A DNA stretch of 64,000 nt from Raja brachyura (lineage: Eukaryota), in NCBI GenBank assembly GCA_963514005.1, contig OY740796.1, positions 9,672,001 to 9,736,000 of the forward strand, written 5' to 3'. Positions 1 through 14,889 of this stretch are shown here, piece by piece. The translations under genes and the position numbers were made by a program. The stretch's first letter is position 1, and each line of letters opens with the position of its first letter. The notes under the pieces were generated by a model. The model saw only the letters and a list, made by a program, of their open reading frames with translations. It was not told the DNA's origin and did not search any database.

Positions 1-763
1 AGTAATTTCTCAATGTATATCTTGGTATGTTTCCGGACACTGCCATAGAATCCCAACTTAGTGACAGAACTCCACTAGTCATTTCCCAGTGCTGGAATGC
101 TCTAATATATACATTGAGAAAACTGGCTCTAAAATCCTCCATCGACTTACACATAGAGACTGCAAGTCTATGAGGAAAAAAATGTAAGGTTTTCAATTAG
201 TTGCAGTTTGGTTATTTTTTTGTTATTTAAAGAGTTTTTGGCAGCTTTAGTTTTTTTTACCTGTTGAAAAAATGTTTTTAATTATTTCCCATGTTTAATG
301 ATTTTTTAAAATCTGGAGATAGGTCATTGCCAGTTGAAAATAGATATCCCTTTTAATGTTATTTTGTGAGTAGGGTCTGTTGTAACTAACCTACATCATG
401 TCATTGTGTGGATTAGGAACGGCTCCCATTCAGAGCTTTGTAACTGCACCCAAGGAGAAAATGGAACGGTTTCCCAGATTTCACAGAAGTAATTTCAGGC
501 AAGCAATGCCAACAGGAAACAAATTTTGTGCACAGTCTAAACCAACATATCTCTTACTCATCATGAATGAGCCTAAAGAGTGGCAAGGGTAGGCAGGAGG
601 GAGGATGAGAAATAGTTGGCTTTTAACAGTCACAAATTCTCAGTTCAAGAAACGTTTGGAGAGGGCACATCCGAATTATTTCTTATAATGCAGATAAAAC
701 AATGGGTTCAAATGTGGATACTGCCTGGCTCATGGATATTGCCAAAGCTCTCACTGAATATAT

Positions 764-788
764 TGGGGGGGGGGGGGGGGGGGGGGGG
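764..788 (+). repeat. Poly-G run (~25 nt)
   Basis: Direct read. Similar G/C runs at ~24732-24756 and ~26284-26305. Confidence 0.9.
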
Positions 789-2849
789 AAGGGCTTGGGA
801 TGGTATTGTGACAGTTTAGAAAATGCTTTTTTTTTAAACTGCAACGGAAAGGTGAGAGTGAAAGAGGCAGATGTTCATCGACTTCCATCTCCTTCATTAG
901 TCATTTATTTTTACTGACTTTTCATTCTACTATAATATATCAAAAGAGATTCTATTCATAGCATCGAGTATAGCTGCCTAAACTAGTTACATGTTGAAAT
1001 TTTGATGGGCTAGTCATCTGATATATAACAAATATTGCACACATTCTTTGAATTCAAATTAATGTTATATAATCCTTATTTATTTCCCAAGTTTTGATTA
1101 CCACAGTAAACCGTGAAGGAGAACCATGGATTGAAACAACTGAGGTGTGAGAGTTTGGATTTATATTTACCATTGTTGAATTGTTGCAATAGATGATTTA
1201 GGGCAAGACCACAGAATTAAATACCAATTCCTTCTTTCCAATTCATGGTCAATGCCTTGTACAGTACAACATTTGAAGTGCACAATTAAATAACTTGTTT
1301 TAAGATGGTGCAAGAGCTTTGGCAGTGATTACTATACGGTCATGACTACTGCATAAGTTCACTTTTCTCACTCCCATCTAAGGGATATCAGTCCTTCCAT
1401 TATATTCTAAATAGATTTGACCTTATTTTAAACAGCGTAATTACATTTCCCCTTAGTATTCTCTAGACCAAAGATAACAAAGACATTCTATGTAGTATTT
1501 CCTCATGGCTAACTTTCTACAAGATGGGCGACATTGTCAAACCTCTTCAGTTCCCTTTCTATTGCAATCAGAATGGTGGCGAATGGAACTGTGCCCAGTA
1601 CTTTGTGGGCCGACTACTGGTCTATCCAGCACAACCTTTTCACTTATGCATTCTAAAACTGTTTCAACAAAGTATTCAGTCTTAGCTGCCTAAACTATTT
1701 CCTTTCGGGAGCTTGTGCACACACTCCTCTCAGCATCCTACCATAAATATGCATTTTATCCCTTATTTTCATCAAAAGTACCATGCGTATTCGATGGATC
1801 AAAATCAATTAAGTACTCTCCATCTCCAAGACCAGTTCATTGATTTTTTCCAATCATCTACAGCTTACCTTCATGATCAACCACCTTGCCAATTTGGGTA
1901 TTTTCTCAAAAAATTCTCAAACCACATTTGAACCTGAATTATTTATTCTGAAGCATTGTGAGAAATGTAGCATTGCAGTGAAGATATAAGTTTAGATCAT
2001 TGATCCTGAAATACAAGTTTGAAACCATCCATGGCAACTGCCTCATTTCATTTCAATTCAATTCAATTCAAATTATTACATCTCAACAAAGGCAATGGAT
2101 CTCAGTGAATGGATTTCTTTCTAATTTGTGCTTCATGTAAACCTATGTTGCAATGATGCTACAGCAAACAAGGTTTACATTGTACCTGTACCTTACCACA
2201 ATTGTGCATTTGACAATAAACTCAACTTGACTTGACACATAATGGATTGTTATTAAAACCATCTTTGGTTCACTTACATAACCAGAACTCAGTGTTCTGA
2301 CCTGGTGTCCATGTTCCATTTAGTTAATTGCCATCTACCTCCACAATTTAGGGGCAGTTAAAAAATGGACCAGCATTGCTCCATCAATAAATTGGATAAT
2401 TATATAATCAGGGGACATGGAAAAGTGCTCTGTAGAATCCCAAGGCAAACAACATAAAAACACACAACTAGAATCCTTTGCTTCCTGCCACAAAGTCAAT
2501 TTTGATCCAATTTGTCATTAACAATTCCCATAGACTTTTACTTTCTGAACAAAGTGTCATGTGCGACCATGCCAAAATCTATGTAGTTTGCTTCTTCTGT
2601 GCTTCTTCTATAAATCCTCTTATTGATCTCAAAAGATTCAACTAAAGTTTATTTGCTAAACTTCCTCTACAAAATCCATGCCTGCCTGTCTTGACTAATC
2701 AATGCACTTCTGAAAATGGTAATTGGACCTTGTGTGTACATTCAGATTTCATCACATTCCAGCTGAGAATGCATTGATTACCCAAATCAGAGTGCTACCT
2801 CTGGGGATGAGTGCAGGCAGCTGCTCTGGCTCTATATTGTCCACTTAGA

Positions 2850-3070
2850 AACACAGAACTGCAGATGCTGGTTTACCAAAAAAAATCACACAGTGCTGGA
2901 GTAACTTGGTGGGCCACGCAGCCCTTCTGGAGAACATGGACAGGTGATTTTTTTGGGTCGGGAACTGACGCCAATCCATTTTCTCCAGTGATGCTGCCTG
3001 ACCGGTCGAGTTACTTCAGCACCTTGTGTCATCGTTTGTATTCATGTTCCACCAATTACCTGCAGTACTA
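2850..3070. mobile_element. Palindromic (inverted dimer) Penelope-terminus element
   Basis: GAACTGCAGATGCTGG..GCTGGAGTAACT on the left, AGTTACTTCAGCAC..CTGCAGT on the right. Confidence 0.7.
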
Positions 3071-6000
3071 TTAAATAAGAGAGATGTATTGTCTGATAAA
3101 ACCCTGCAGCTCTTCCTTGTTAGAGTATGCTCCTTGGCTGCAGTAAAAAGTGTGGCCATATAAATGGTGAAGGAAGGAGACAACAAAGGGTAAAACCAAG
3201 AATAAAAAAACAAGTTTGGCAGTCAAAGAAAAATCCCACGGGGTTGATGCTAAGATGATTTATATTTTACTCAGTTTACGAGCCACTGATTCCTAAAGGT
3301 GACATTTCCAGATTCGGACAGAAGGGCTGGGGAGAAGTCATTGCCTTCCTGTAAGGAATTTCAACGCCATGCAGTCCAAGCTTCACCACTACATCAATGA
3401 ATCAAAGGAAGGAATGGGATTTTGAATTACTTAAAATAAATATTTAATGACTGCCAGTAAAAATTGATTTCAAACTAAACTTTTAAATTTTTTGGAGGCT
3501 GAGCTGAGAACACCGTAGGCCTGGAAATATTTTTAAATTAGATTACACTTATTTACCAATTAACAGATAAAACTCGATGGTCCTTTCCAAATCTACAGGA
3601 ATGCAATGCAAATTTGCCATGCAGTAAAGTTTGGTGCTATATAACATTTAGTCTACATGCACGAACAGTAGGAAGATATATCATGATTATCAGTAAAATT
3701 AATTGGCTCTCTAATGCTGGCTATTTCTGCCACTGGGTCATCTAATATGAAAAGGTTTACTTTAAGGCATTCAAAGATGAAGAATGTACTGTTTTTTTGC
3801 ACTGCCCAATGGAATAATCTTTGCTGTGAAAACAGTCATTAGAATCTTTTAATTAGAGTAAGCAATAATAAAAATAATAAGTCCTCACAAAACTAAATTT
3901 TGTGAGAATGTGTAATGTGTATCTGATATTGTCAAACTACTGCCATGCAATTACATTTTGGGCTTCTTTGCACAACCTTTAATCCTTTTTAACAAAAATG
4001 AAATAATCTATTTTTGGAGTTCTGGTGCCTTTTTCTCCCTTGAAATATCCTTGTTCCGAGTAAATTTATGGATTCAGGCACTTTACTAAATGTAATCTTA
4101 ACTTCTAATTTAGTATAGTTTTGGAGAATTACTTCAATGAATGGAGGATGAGAGATTGAAGGTTGTTATAATTAAATCCAAAAGACTGATTATCTTCTAA
4201 TTCTACCGAATGTCCTTGGTGATATAATCAGAATTAATGAAGTTCTAAGTAGGTCACCAATATCCAGTAACGTCTTTACATACATCACGGGACAAATAAA
4301 TTATTATTCCAGATTTCCATTTCTGAAATAACAGCATTCTATTTGTAATATAAATAAATGTTGACAATTTCTTCATCATTCATTCAGACTTTTTGAAAGG
4401 TCCTGCTTTTGCTGCTTGACTCTGAACTTTTTGAGCTGCAAAGTTGGCTGTTGGTTATTTCTTCAATTATTGACCAAAGCAAGGTTTTATGCAGGAGGAT
4501 GTCAGAAACAGATTCAATCGTAGCTTTGAAAAAAGGAATCAGATAAATACTTTGAGGCAAAAAAGAAATACAGACAATGAGAAAAGGATTAAGGAAATGG
4601 GACTAATTGGAGAACATTTTTTTAAAACTCCTGAAAAGCAGCACAGTTTCATCTCGTGATTCCATGAATAAGAAACTCAATGGACATTTGGGTCATTTGT
4701 CATTTGCAAATCCACACAATGTCCTTGGTGTCCCCATCACAGTAAAACTCCATCTTGAACTTTCACATTGCATCATAGCTTACTTGCAAACAGTCACTCT
4801 GCATTCTGAGTCCCTGAATGGCAGAAAAGTCAAGGAATCCTATGACTCTAACTAATTATATAGAATTATCATTCTTGGCAGCAAACTTGGCATACTGCAA
4901 ATTGTAATGCCTGTATTATAATACTTGGTGAAGTACGCAGAGAAGTAGGCAAAGAGACCAACTTGAATGCTGAGGGAACGCAGTGTAAGATCCACATTGA
5001 TTAATTGAAGAGAATTTAATTAATATTACTGAGGAAAATATAATTATCTGGCCTACATACAAGCTAGATTTCTTCTCAATGCTCAAGACAATCAACAATA
5101 TTTTGGACAATGCATTCATAACGAGGACAAACCAATAAATGGTAAACATTCTGAGATTGATCAATTCTTAATTTGTCCATCTGTCAGTAAAAAGAAACAT
5201 TAATTAATTCTACTTTCACAATTACTGTGACAGAGAGAAACACATTTCCATCAGAAAGCCTATGTAAAATAAATGACATGCAAAACTAAATACCAAACAG
5301 ATTTTTGCTGACTTTGGCCAGTGCTTATTTAATTCCATGAATGTTAGACTGGATTTGCATATGGTTTTATCGCAATTATTTTTTTCTGGCAAGTCAAAAT
5401 GAAATTTTGAACGAGCTGATTGCTTTTTGCCCGTTGCCAATTCCTGAATCATAAATAGTTTAAGCGAAATATTCCTTTTTCTAATGCTTTTACGTCACAT
5501 TTTAAGCACTTCAATTATATCCAATGGAATATGGAATTTAGGATACTGTAAAGTGTCTGTTAATAAAAGCCTTTTACAGTAATGAAAACTGTTGTTGATA
5601 TAACTGTTCAAGCAATAGCTCACCAACCAACCACCCACGCTGCATTCTATTACCGGCCCAGCTTTTGCACAGACAAGCTGTTGACAATAAATTTTTGTAG
5701 TGACACCTTCCGCAAATCTCACTTGCATTGCAAAACAACTTGTTAGCTGCCATACTGCTGCGACCCTTGCATTTATATTTACTGTAGGCTTGAACTCGAC
5801 TATACATTTCAACCTTATTGCCAAAAACGTGTTGAAGGTTTTTTTTTCCACAAACGCTACTCCACAAAACCACTGCAAATTGATACTTTCAATTAATGAA
5901 TTACGCAGGTTAGTTCATGAAATCCTCCAAAATAATTTGATTCGTGAATCCCGCAGATGAGCAATTCACTTTATTTTTTAAAGCTAAATATCACTCAGCA

Positions 6001-6856
6001 GACTTGGATCCAGTGAGCAATTCCTTTATTCTATGGAATGGTATTTCTGAGGAAAATGATTTCTACTATTTCATTCGTATATTACTTTCCATTCTGTTGA
6101 TGGGATTCATTTTTATTGTAATTTAGGACCTATTCCCAGAAATCTGGTCAATATATATCAAAGATAGGTCTTGGTAAATAACTTAAAATATTAACAATAT
6201 ATAGGTTCTAAAGAAAAAGATTCCTCATTCCATGGAAAGAAATTCTATTTAACGAGCGGTTAAAAGAATATACATGGCAGGCCAATAACTCTGTTATATT
6301 CAGGCACACATGCAGTCTCTCTACTTGGTGTCCTCATTCCCTGCAGAGCATTTGACACTTAAAATAAATGCATCGATATATTTAGCACAGAACACCTTTA
6401 TGTAGGTGATCCACTAACCTTAGCAGTCAACCATTTTGAGAAGAGGGACTGACATGGTAATAAGGTCTGTGAGATTGAAAATGAACCATGCATTGCAGGA
6501 GAAATGAGGCCAAGCTAAAGATAAGAGGAAATGGGTGCCTTAAGCTTTCTGTACAGTCACAATTTTAAAATGGAAAACCTATGTAGGACAGTAGCATAAT
6601 CATCTATTTTTGTTGTTTCAATTGTCATAGAGGAAGCCAGCAAAGGGATATTGCAGCTTGTTTCCAAATCCTGTCCTAGATTTTGCTGGTCTCACATTAT
6701 TGCCCACTAATTACACAAATTACCCTTTTTTTTATTTCAGCTTCCATTGGAAAGAACATTGCCATGCATGAGTCTAAACTCTCTGTGCTTCTGACATATA
6801 ATATTGGAGAAGAAATTTCCTTCAACTAGATATTGTTAAGACTGGCAAAATATTGT

Positions 6857-6955
6857 CAGTCTGAAGAAGGGGCTCGACCCGAAACGTTACCCATTCCTTC
6901 TCTCCAGAGATGCTGCCTATCCCGCTGAGTTACTGCAGCATTTTGTGTCTACTTT
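6857..6955 (+). mobile_element. Penelope-like terminus with a hammerhead-like motif
   Basis: CAGTCTGAAGAAGGGGCTCGACCCGAAACGTTACCCATTCCTTCTCTCCAGAGATGCTGCC..GCTGAGTTACT. Confidence 0.75.
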
Positions 6956-7764
6956 CTTATTGTTACGTCTAACGCTTTTATCAGCACGATATGCTGCAAA
7001 CTCCACTCCATACCTCTCCCCCACATCCTCACAAATGTCTGAGGCCAAAAAGGACTGCTTGTAGCTTATTTAACATTATCTGACCATGCATCCTATGAAC
7101 ACAAAGGAAGATTGTTTTCACCTCACCCGATTTCAGCTTTGCCTCCGTTCAACTGCTGCTGAAACCTGCACCCATCATATTTTCACATCCAGATGACCAT
7201 CCCAATGTGCCCCTGTTCGCTGTGATCTATAAAGTTGTGCCAATTCCAAACTCTCACATCCTTACCATTACTTGCGCTGTTCCATTTACCTATCATTCCT
7301 CTGCTTTCTAACTTAAGCATTGCCTTGATTAAAAAAAATGTAATCTTTCTTTCCAAAGCACATCTCAGTATCACCTCTTCTTTCACCATAAACCACTTCA
7401 GTTCTCCTATCCTCCTAGCTTCCCTGTGGATCTCCAATTGTGAACACTGCAGAATCCAAAAATCCATTCACTCCATCCTTCGCAGTTGTGCCTTCAGCTG
7501 CTGCAAGAAATTCTGGACTTCTCTCCCTAAAGCTTTCTGCCATTGGGCTTGAAGCAGCTTCTTAAAACTTTCAGGAGACATGAAGACCTGCAGATGCTAG
7601 TTTTCCCCAAAAACCCCCATAAAGAGCTGGAATAACTCAGCGGGTTGGGCCACACCTCTGGAAGACATGGATAGTTAACGTTATGGTTCGGGACCCTGCT
7701 GAATAAGGGTCCCAACCTGGAACATTGCCGATCCACATCTTTCGGAGATGTGGCCTGACCCGTT

Positions 7765-8008
7765 TATAAGTTAATAAGATATAGGAGTGGAATTAGGCCA
7801 TTGAGCCCATCATGGCTACTCTGCCATTCCATCACGGCTGATCTATCTTTCCCTCTCATCCCCATTCTCCTGCCTTCTCCCCATAACCCCAGACACCCAT
7901 ACTAATAAAGAATCTGTCAATCTACGCCTTAAAAATATCCATTGACTTGGCCTCCGCAGCCTTTGTGGCAATGAATTCCAAAGATTTACTACCCTCTAGC
8001 TAAAGAGG
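7765..8008 (-). mobile_element. CR1 3' UTR fragment inserted in a Penelope palindrome (7577-8035)
   Basis: TAAGATATAGGAGTGGAATTAGGCCATTGAGCCCATC..CCCATTCTCCTGCCTTCTCCCCATAACCCC. Confidence 0.75.
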
Positions 8009-11000
8009 TTATTCCAGCATTTCATGCGTTTTGTTATATTCTTAAATTTTTCTGTCATCTATTCTGGCATCTCCTCACATTGCTTGCTATGAAATTTTGT
8101 TTGATTACTCATCTGTGAAGTGCTCTGGGAAGTTGTGCTCTGTGACAGATGCTATACAAGTTCAAGTTGTTGCTGCTGCAGTTGCAACCTGATTTTACCA
8201 TAGCAAAAGAAACAGGCATCTGGAACGGGGTTGAAAGACAGAATCAGTGGTGTATCTTTTTTAATGATATCGAAGGACCAGGACAAAAAATTCAGGATCA
8301 CAAAAAGAGTGGAAAAAAAGGTGCAATCAGGTGCAAAAGAAGAGACAGACAGAGCAAGAAAGATCAGATTAAGCAAAGACTGTAAAATACGAAAAATAAA
8401 TACACTCTACAAATCTGCAAGAATTTACACCAATCAAAATTAGATGACATGGTTTCTGATATTCACTTTCTGAGCTAGGCTGTATCGGAGGAATATGAAT
8501 CTATCATCAAAGTGGTTATTATGTTGTTAAGTCGCAGCCCCAACTGCCTGCAGAAAGCTTAATTGGCAAGTAAAGCACCAATTCAGGAACTTGATACAGG
8601 GCAGGCTGCCATTTTCACAAAGTTAACAACTAATGTGTAAATCAACCCACAAGATGTGCAAATTTGGAATCCACAAGTATCTCTTCCTTGTCACACGTTG
8701 AAGGATGACCAAATAAAAATTTGCACAATAAACTCAATGTTATTTTGGCAGCTATATTTGGGATTAAGTTAGTTGCTCACATTGGTTACATTGAGTAGCT
8801 CAGCTCATCTGACCACACTGACACTATACCTCTCTTATGGCATCCCAACCCTGATCTCTGTCTATCGTTACACATCTTCAAGACTTATATTGTTTAAGTT
8901 TCAATTGTTTTCAGAAAAATAAGGAAAGTCTGCTCACATAAGGTTAAAAATGTTAAGTGCAGGTATGTTTGCCTGCAGATTTGTCAGTGATGCCAGTCAC
9001 GTGGAATGCCTAAATGCACATTGTACGCCTGGTTGCTCTTTCCAATCAAGCATTTGATGTAATGGGCATTTCTAGCAGTCTGATATTTGAAATCAGAATT
9101 AAAATACATTAGTTCTCTTCGTAATTTTGCCGTTAGGTGCTATAAAGCATTGCGTTATAAATAGATTTGTTATAATCTGTTTTCTGTACTAATGGAGAAG
9201 CTAGGAACGGTTTTCATATAATTGCAGACTGTCAATGGGCTTGCAAAAAGGCCACAGCTGCATGCAAAACCACTCGATTTTTCAAATTTAGACCTGGTCA
9301 AATGGATTTAGAGTCTGCATTCTTGCTAAATCATTCAAATGATTTCATAAATGATACATGTTGGAAAAAACACCTGGTTGTCCTTTGTGTAAGTGTTCCC
9401 ATAATGGATCATAAAGTAAAGTTGGTTAAGTACCATAATATGGCATCTACAAAAGCTCGTCTCACCATTGTTTGCATCAACACTGCAGGAACTGTGGCCA
9501 GAGCAAAATATATTTCAATGTCATAAAACATATACTATTTAATCCATAGAACGCATATATGAATGCTGAAATGAGCATATAATTTGAATACCATTTTTAG
9601 GCAGATCCACATTTCAATAAAATGTTATTACGCTTTATTTTCACCCCCAGCTTCCTTTCGAGAGTCACAACATGCAGCCAGATTGCATCATCATGCAGTA
9701 GATTGTAAGATCTGAACCAACCATGACAAACTCTTTTCACAGAAATTGGCACAATTTCATTAGGATACAGAAATAGGAACCGGCTCAGAAACAGCTCCTT
9801 TAACCCGGCGAGATTAAATTCCAGGTGATGATAAAATAGCTTTCCAGTACTTTACCATGTATCACTGCTCCTGATCAGATTAACAGAGGACTGTATCATC
9901 GATGTTCTTTATCAACTCAAACTATAACATTCAGGAAAGAACAAATTAGCTGGCATTGAGAAAGAACATCAAAATAATTTTGGAAGTTCGAAATTTGAAT
10001 CTTTTAAACATCTTCATTTATGGAAAAATATATATTCAAGTTATATGCCATGTCTGCCTTCTCTACCTTTCAAACATCACGAACTTTGGTAAGGATTAGC
10101 ATATTTCTGGGCACCATCGATTAGAGGCTCAAAGGCTATTTAGATTTATTATCATCCACTTGATTTCACATGTCCAAAACTGCATTCAAACCAACAAACT
10201 GGAAAATTACTCATCTTAATATCCTTCATCCACAGAATGGTAATGACCTTTGCCTTCTTTCAAATGAGACACTGTATTTGGAGCTCTATCCTGGTCACTG
10301 TGATTACCATCACAGTTTTCCGATGGTACATTTAGCATCAAAACGGTACAAATATTTGAAATTATGATTTTTTTCAAACTAACTTCTGCAATGCTGCATT
10401 TTTAAGAAGCACGCTGTATTTCCCAATGCTAAGGCATTAAATTGTGGGAGGTGGGTAATGCCTCTCCATGTGCATTTTTTCATTGGGCAAATGCATTTTC
10501 TTTCGAAATTACTTTCAAAAGAAGGTGGAAAGTGATGATATTGATCAGCTGTGAGCCACGCAGCATTAGGATATGGTTAAGGGTCAGTGAGTCTCTATTG
10601 CCAAGCTTGCAATCTCAGCTAAGCCATGAGAATCATCTAGCGCTGATGAGGCTTTTCAGGCATGCATGATAATAAAAGGAAATAAACGAAATGCAGAATA
10701 TGTACTCAAGATCTGACATGCTAGAAATCACAATGCGCCACAATGTCTGACCTACATCAAATATCTATCGCAGATCTGACAGGATTTGAGGCCAAGAGGA
10801 ATATTCGAATGACATGGAGATTAATTCGTGATCATTCCTTTTTGATCGTGTTCATATTCACAGTGTGAAGTTCTTAGGCATGAAATGTTCATTGATCAAT
10901 AAATGGACCTTTAGAAAATAAACATAAACATAAATGTCTACCCAGGAAATGCTTTTAGAACACCCAGTCTTTGGTGTTGCATACAATCCTCCATTGTATT

Positions 11001-14000
11001 TGATGGCGTACAGGAATAATTACACAGGATATCAATCTGGCGCTCAATGAGTTAATACTGGCCTCGGTAAATTTGGTTTAAAATGGAACACCATTTGGAA
11101 GATGCTGTGAAACCTTTTCCCACAGGAGGTTGGGGGAAAGTGGAAAGTGAGACAAGCCATGCCACTCTTGTGCATCTCCTAGTGGCCTATTCATGAATGG
11201 CACTGACAGAGGTGGAGAGCCAGGTTACCTGCTCATCCTCTGACAGAAGATGGTATATACTATTGGCAAAAGTCTGTACATATTGAAGACAAATTTAGGG
11301 AACAAGAATATAGAATGGTTTTCGAAACACAAAATTCCACGGTAAAATTTAAAAACAGAATTATGGTCTTATCAAAAGGTTAATCAAAATACTAAAATAA
11401 TAATACAATTTTATCAATTGATGATAATACCCGACAGAAAAATAAATTGTCGAAATAGCAGGTGCCTGTCACAGTAAACTCAGCCGCAAGAAAAGAAGAT
11501 TCCTCTTATCGAGCCATTATGGATCTGTTTATGCTCGATGCACTACCGTAAAGTATGGCATTTAATAATCAACATTAAAGTTGACAAGGTTAGTTACATG
11601 GAATGCTGCCCAGAATCTCTCATGGTCGGCATACACCAAATAAATGCATGCTGCATAAGAGGGGTCAGCAGAGGAAAATATCACATGAAATAAGGAAAAG
11701 CACTCAAACTTTCCCACATTGGAATTAAAACAATTGTTTTTTCACCCGAGTAAAAGTACACAGGATACACTTCATTAATAAAATATTAGCCTGTTTGATC
11801 GTTCGAAATAGTAGAGGACAGGTTTTTTTTAAAAAATCACTTAAGTTTTCATTTAACGCAAAGTAAAATTTGATACATGGTGCAAAACATAAAATCAGAT
11901 GCATGTACAGTTCTGGACTAGCTGTCTCTATACCATCATGCAGAAATATGCTACTGCTTATACTGCAGGGCAAGCGTACAGTTCATCCCTGCAGGTGGCA
12001 ATTCATATACTGCAGTTACAAACATGAGAGGATGCCAAAAAAAACAACATTTGAATGTTAAGAGGCAAGAGGCATAAGCCATGGAATAATACTTAAAGAT
12101 AGATTAAAAGCAGGTATAGGAAAAAGGAATGCAAAGTCTTGCCCCACAGTGTTTGTTTCCAGTCTCCCTCCCCTCCCCCACCCCCATAATGTGACAGTAA
12201 CGTATACAGGAACAAATGCCTACTGATAATAGAAACATCAATAAAACATGCTTTATTCGCTTTGGTGCTTACCTTTTGGATAAAAGCAATACATTAGACA
12301 TATCTGTCTGATAACTCCATGTTTCCAGAAAACATTAGAGCATCTAATAATCTAGAGCACTACGAAGCCACTGGTTAGACTTGTGCAGAACCACTTAGCT
12401 GCCACTGAAGCTGGAGTCCAAGGACAGACGATGAACTGAACTACTGCAGACTACAAATTGACAGCTTTCCTGCCACCCTCCCTGAATGCCTGGAGAATTC
12501 ACACTGCCCATAGAATACACGCACTGAAGATGCTAAACCAGGAATCAAATCATTCCATCTAAAAAATATAAATAGATAGATCACTTGCAGTTTTTCCGCC
12601 TATAAACAGACAGGGTCACTTGTAACACATTGCATTCTGAAGTGAACACCGGATATTTCAGCCTGAATAACTAAATCTAGGAAATATAAGGAATGTACAT
12701 TTATAACGGTTCTTTTTTTTTGCGTTCGCTTTCAGAGGTTATTTAAAAGGCAATTGCTTTTTGAATGGGTTAAACAGAATTAAAAGATGGCAAAATCATT
12801 AATGATAATATTGCACCAGAAACACACTGAAATTAAAAGAAAATCTTTCACAGTTCCCAGCCAATACGCAGCATGCAAGAAACAGCTCATAAAATATGAT
12901 GTGCTTTTTGATACCCCCCAAATTAATATTTCTGTAATTAAATTACCTTCTAGCAACACAGTCAGAAACATAATGCATCACTCTCTCCCAGCAATAGTGT
13001 CCACACCATTTTCTCCACAGGCTCTGAGAAAATCAAAAATCCTAACAAGTCAAACATTATATGCCAGTTAAAAAACCTCAGAATTTTATTCATCCGCTCT
13101 GCTTACTTACTTGGCTATGTTATAATCACAAATCCAAAATGATTTCAATTATACAGCAGACTAATCACAGTTCAGCATCTGTATGGGGTTGATAAGTAGG
13201 ACTACATTACAGGAGTCCTACTGCAGACTGCACCATCTCAACAGAGGAGCAGGGGAACCTGAATTTCTCGGATAATATGTTATTAATAAACCACGAGTGA
13301 AGAAACCACTTAAGCTCTTAATGCTGCAGCCTTCTGAACAAGACTAAATCAGGAGACATAGGATGCTGCACCAGGCAAGGATGCACTGGAAAGGTTTTAA
13401 TTTTAAACAGCACAGCATCATTTAGCAAATTTCAGTTTATCCCTGTAGGGCAATGACAAATATGGAAGATGGCACACTACCAGGAATATGCCACTTAATC
13501 AGAATAGGGAGAAACCTTCAAGGACAGACCGTCAACCTTCATCAGCAACACCGCACAAATTACACACCTCTGCACTCACCTACTTTCTTCCTCAATTGAG
13601 CATCTGTCAAATTTATGGTAAACTGTGCATTAAAATAACTATTTCCAAACCTTGCATCTATTTTTCTCACTATGATCCAGTTAGCTACTTTGCTAATTTC
13701 AAATTGAGCATTTTTTAAATTGCAAAATTCAGATAAAAGCAGATATAAAATAATACAATGTTAATCCAGGCTTAATGCCATTTAACCACAATGCTTTAAC
13801 TGCCTGCACTACAATAATGACACTGCCACAAGAATTTGCACATTAAAGGCACTAAATTACAATCTAATTAGGTAAATAAATAGGCTCCAGTTTTCCACAG
13901 GGCTTTCAGATGTCTCCCAGCAGAAAGTCACAGGAGAACCCATGAACATCAGGAAAACTGCCATTAATGCCAGGTTTCAACCCTTCTGGGAGTATTTTCA

Positions 14001-14139
14001 ATGTCTTGCAAAGACTAATATATCTATTTGCACCATCTTCCTCTTTGGCAGTCCCAAAGGGTTGAGATGAATTAATTCCGCTTTGATTTGGTACTTTCGT
14101 AGATGACAAATGAAAAAAACATGGAACTGCGAACACGTC

Positions 14140-14880
14140 AATAGATGGGCCAGTAGGTGCAGGTGGGCTGTTAGTTTGCGTGGTAGTGCCTCCTGCTGCC
14201 TCTGATGCAGAAGCTCTGTGGGCTCCTGATACAGGACCTTGAGGTCTCAATTCCTTCCTACATGCTTGTTCTCCACTTGGAATCAGAAGTTCCCAGGAGT
14301 TAGCAGAGGTGTTGCACCTCCTCAAGGAAGCTTGTAACATGTTGTTTCATTGTTTTTTTCTGACCACCTGGTAACCACCTTGAATGACAGAGTGTGGTTT
14401 CAGGAGGCTAGTGTCAGCATGCAAATGGCACAACATGTCCAAGGTAGCCAACTGTGGGTTACTAAGATTTCATGGCTGAGAATGTTGACCTGGGGATGGG
14501 CAATGACTTTGCTTCACTTAACCTTGCAGTGAATTGGAAGATTTTACCAAGACAGCATGCTGCAATTTTTCGGGAGCTTAGCGGTGCCTATGTTATATAG
14601 GCCAAGTCTCAGTAGCATTCAGGGGGGCAGGCTTTATTGGTGCCTAAAGTTTTATGCCAATTCCGATGGTCTTGACCCTCGAACCTTTGATCTTCAATCA
14701 AAAACGTTTAGAAGGTGGTGGTGACCTTTGTCAAGAGACGGATCCTGAGATATGGAAACTTATCCACATTTCCCAGAGACCAGTTGCGAGCATTTATTGT
14801 TGGTGCATCGTGAGTAGATTGGTAGCAGAACTTATTGGAAAATTCAGCCAGTTTTCATAGAACGTTGCAATCACCAACAG
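14140..14880 (-). mobile_element. RTE-clade LINE 3' fragment (degenerate)
   Basis: Minus-strand remnants RLPGGQK..MLQASLRRCNTSANSWE and CLGKIFQ resemble the RTE C-terminus GQRKRFKDTLKASLKKCNI..SWE. Confidence 0.7.
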
Positions 14881-14889
14881 TAAAGCGAA

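Noticed and set aside
616-917. Poly-Gly ORFs
   Set aside because: Artefact of the poly-G run.
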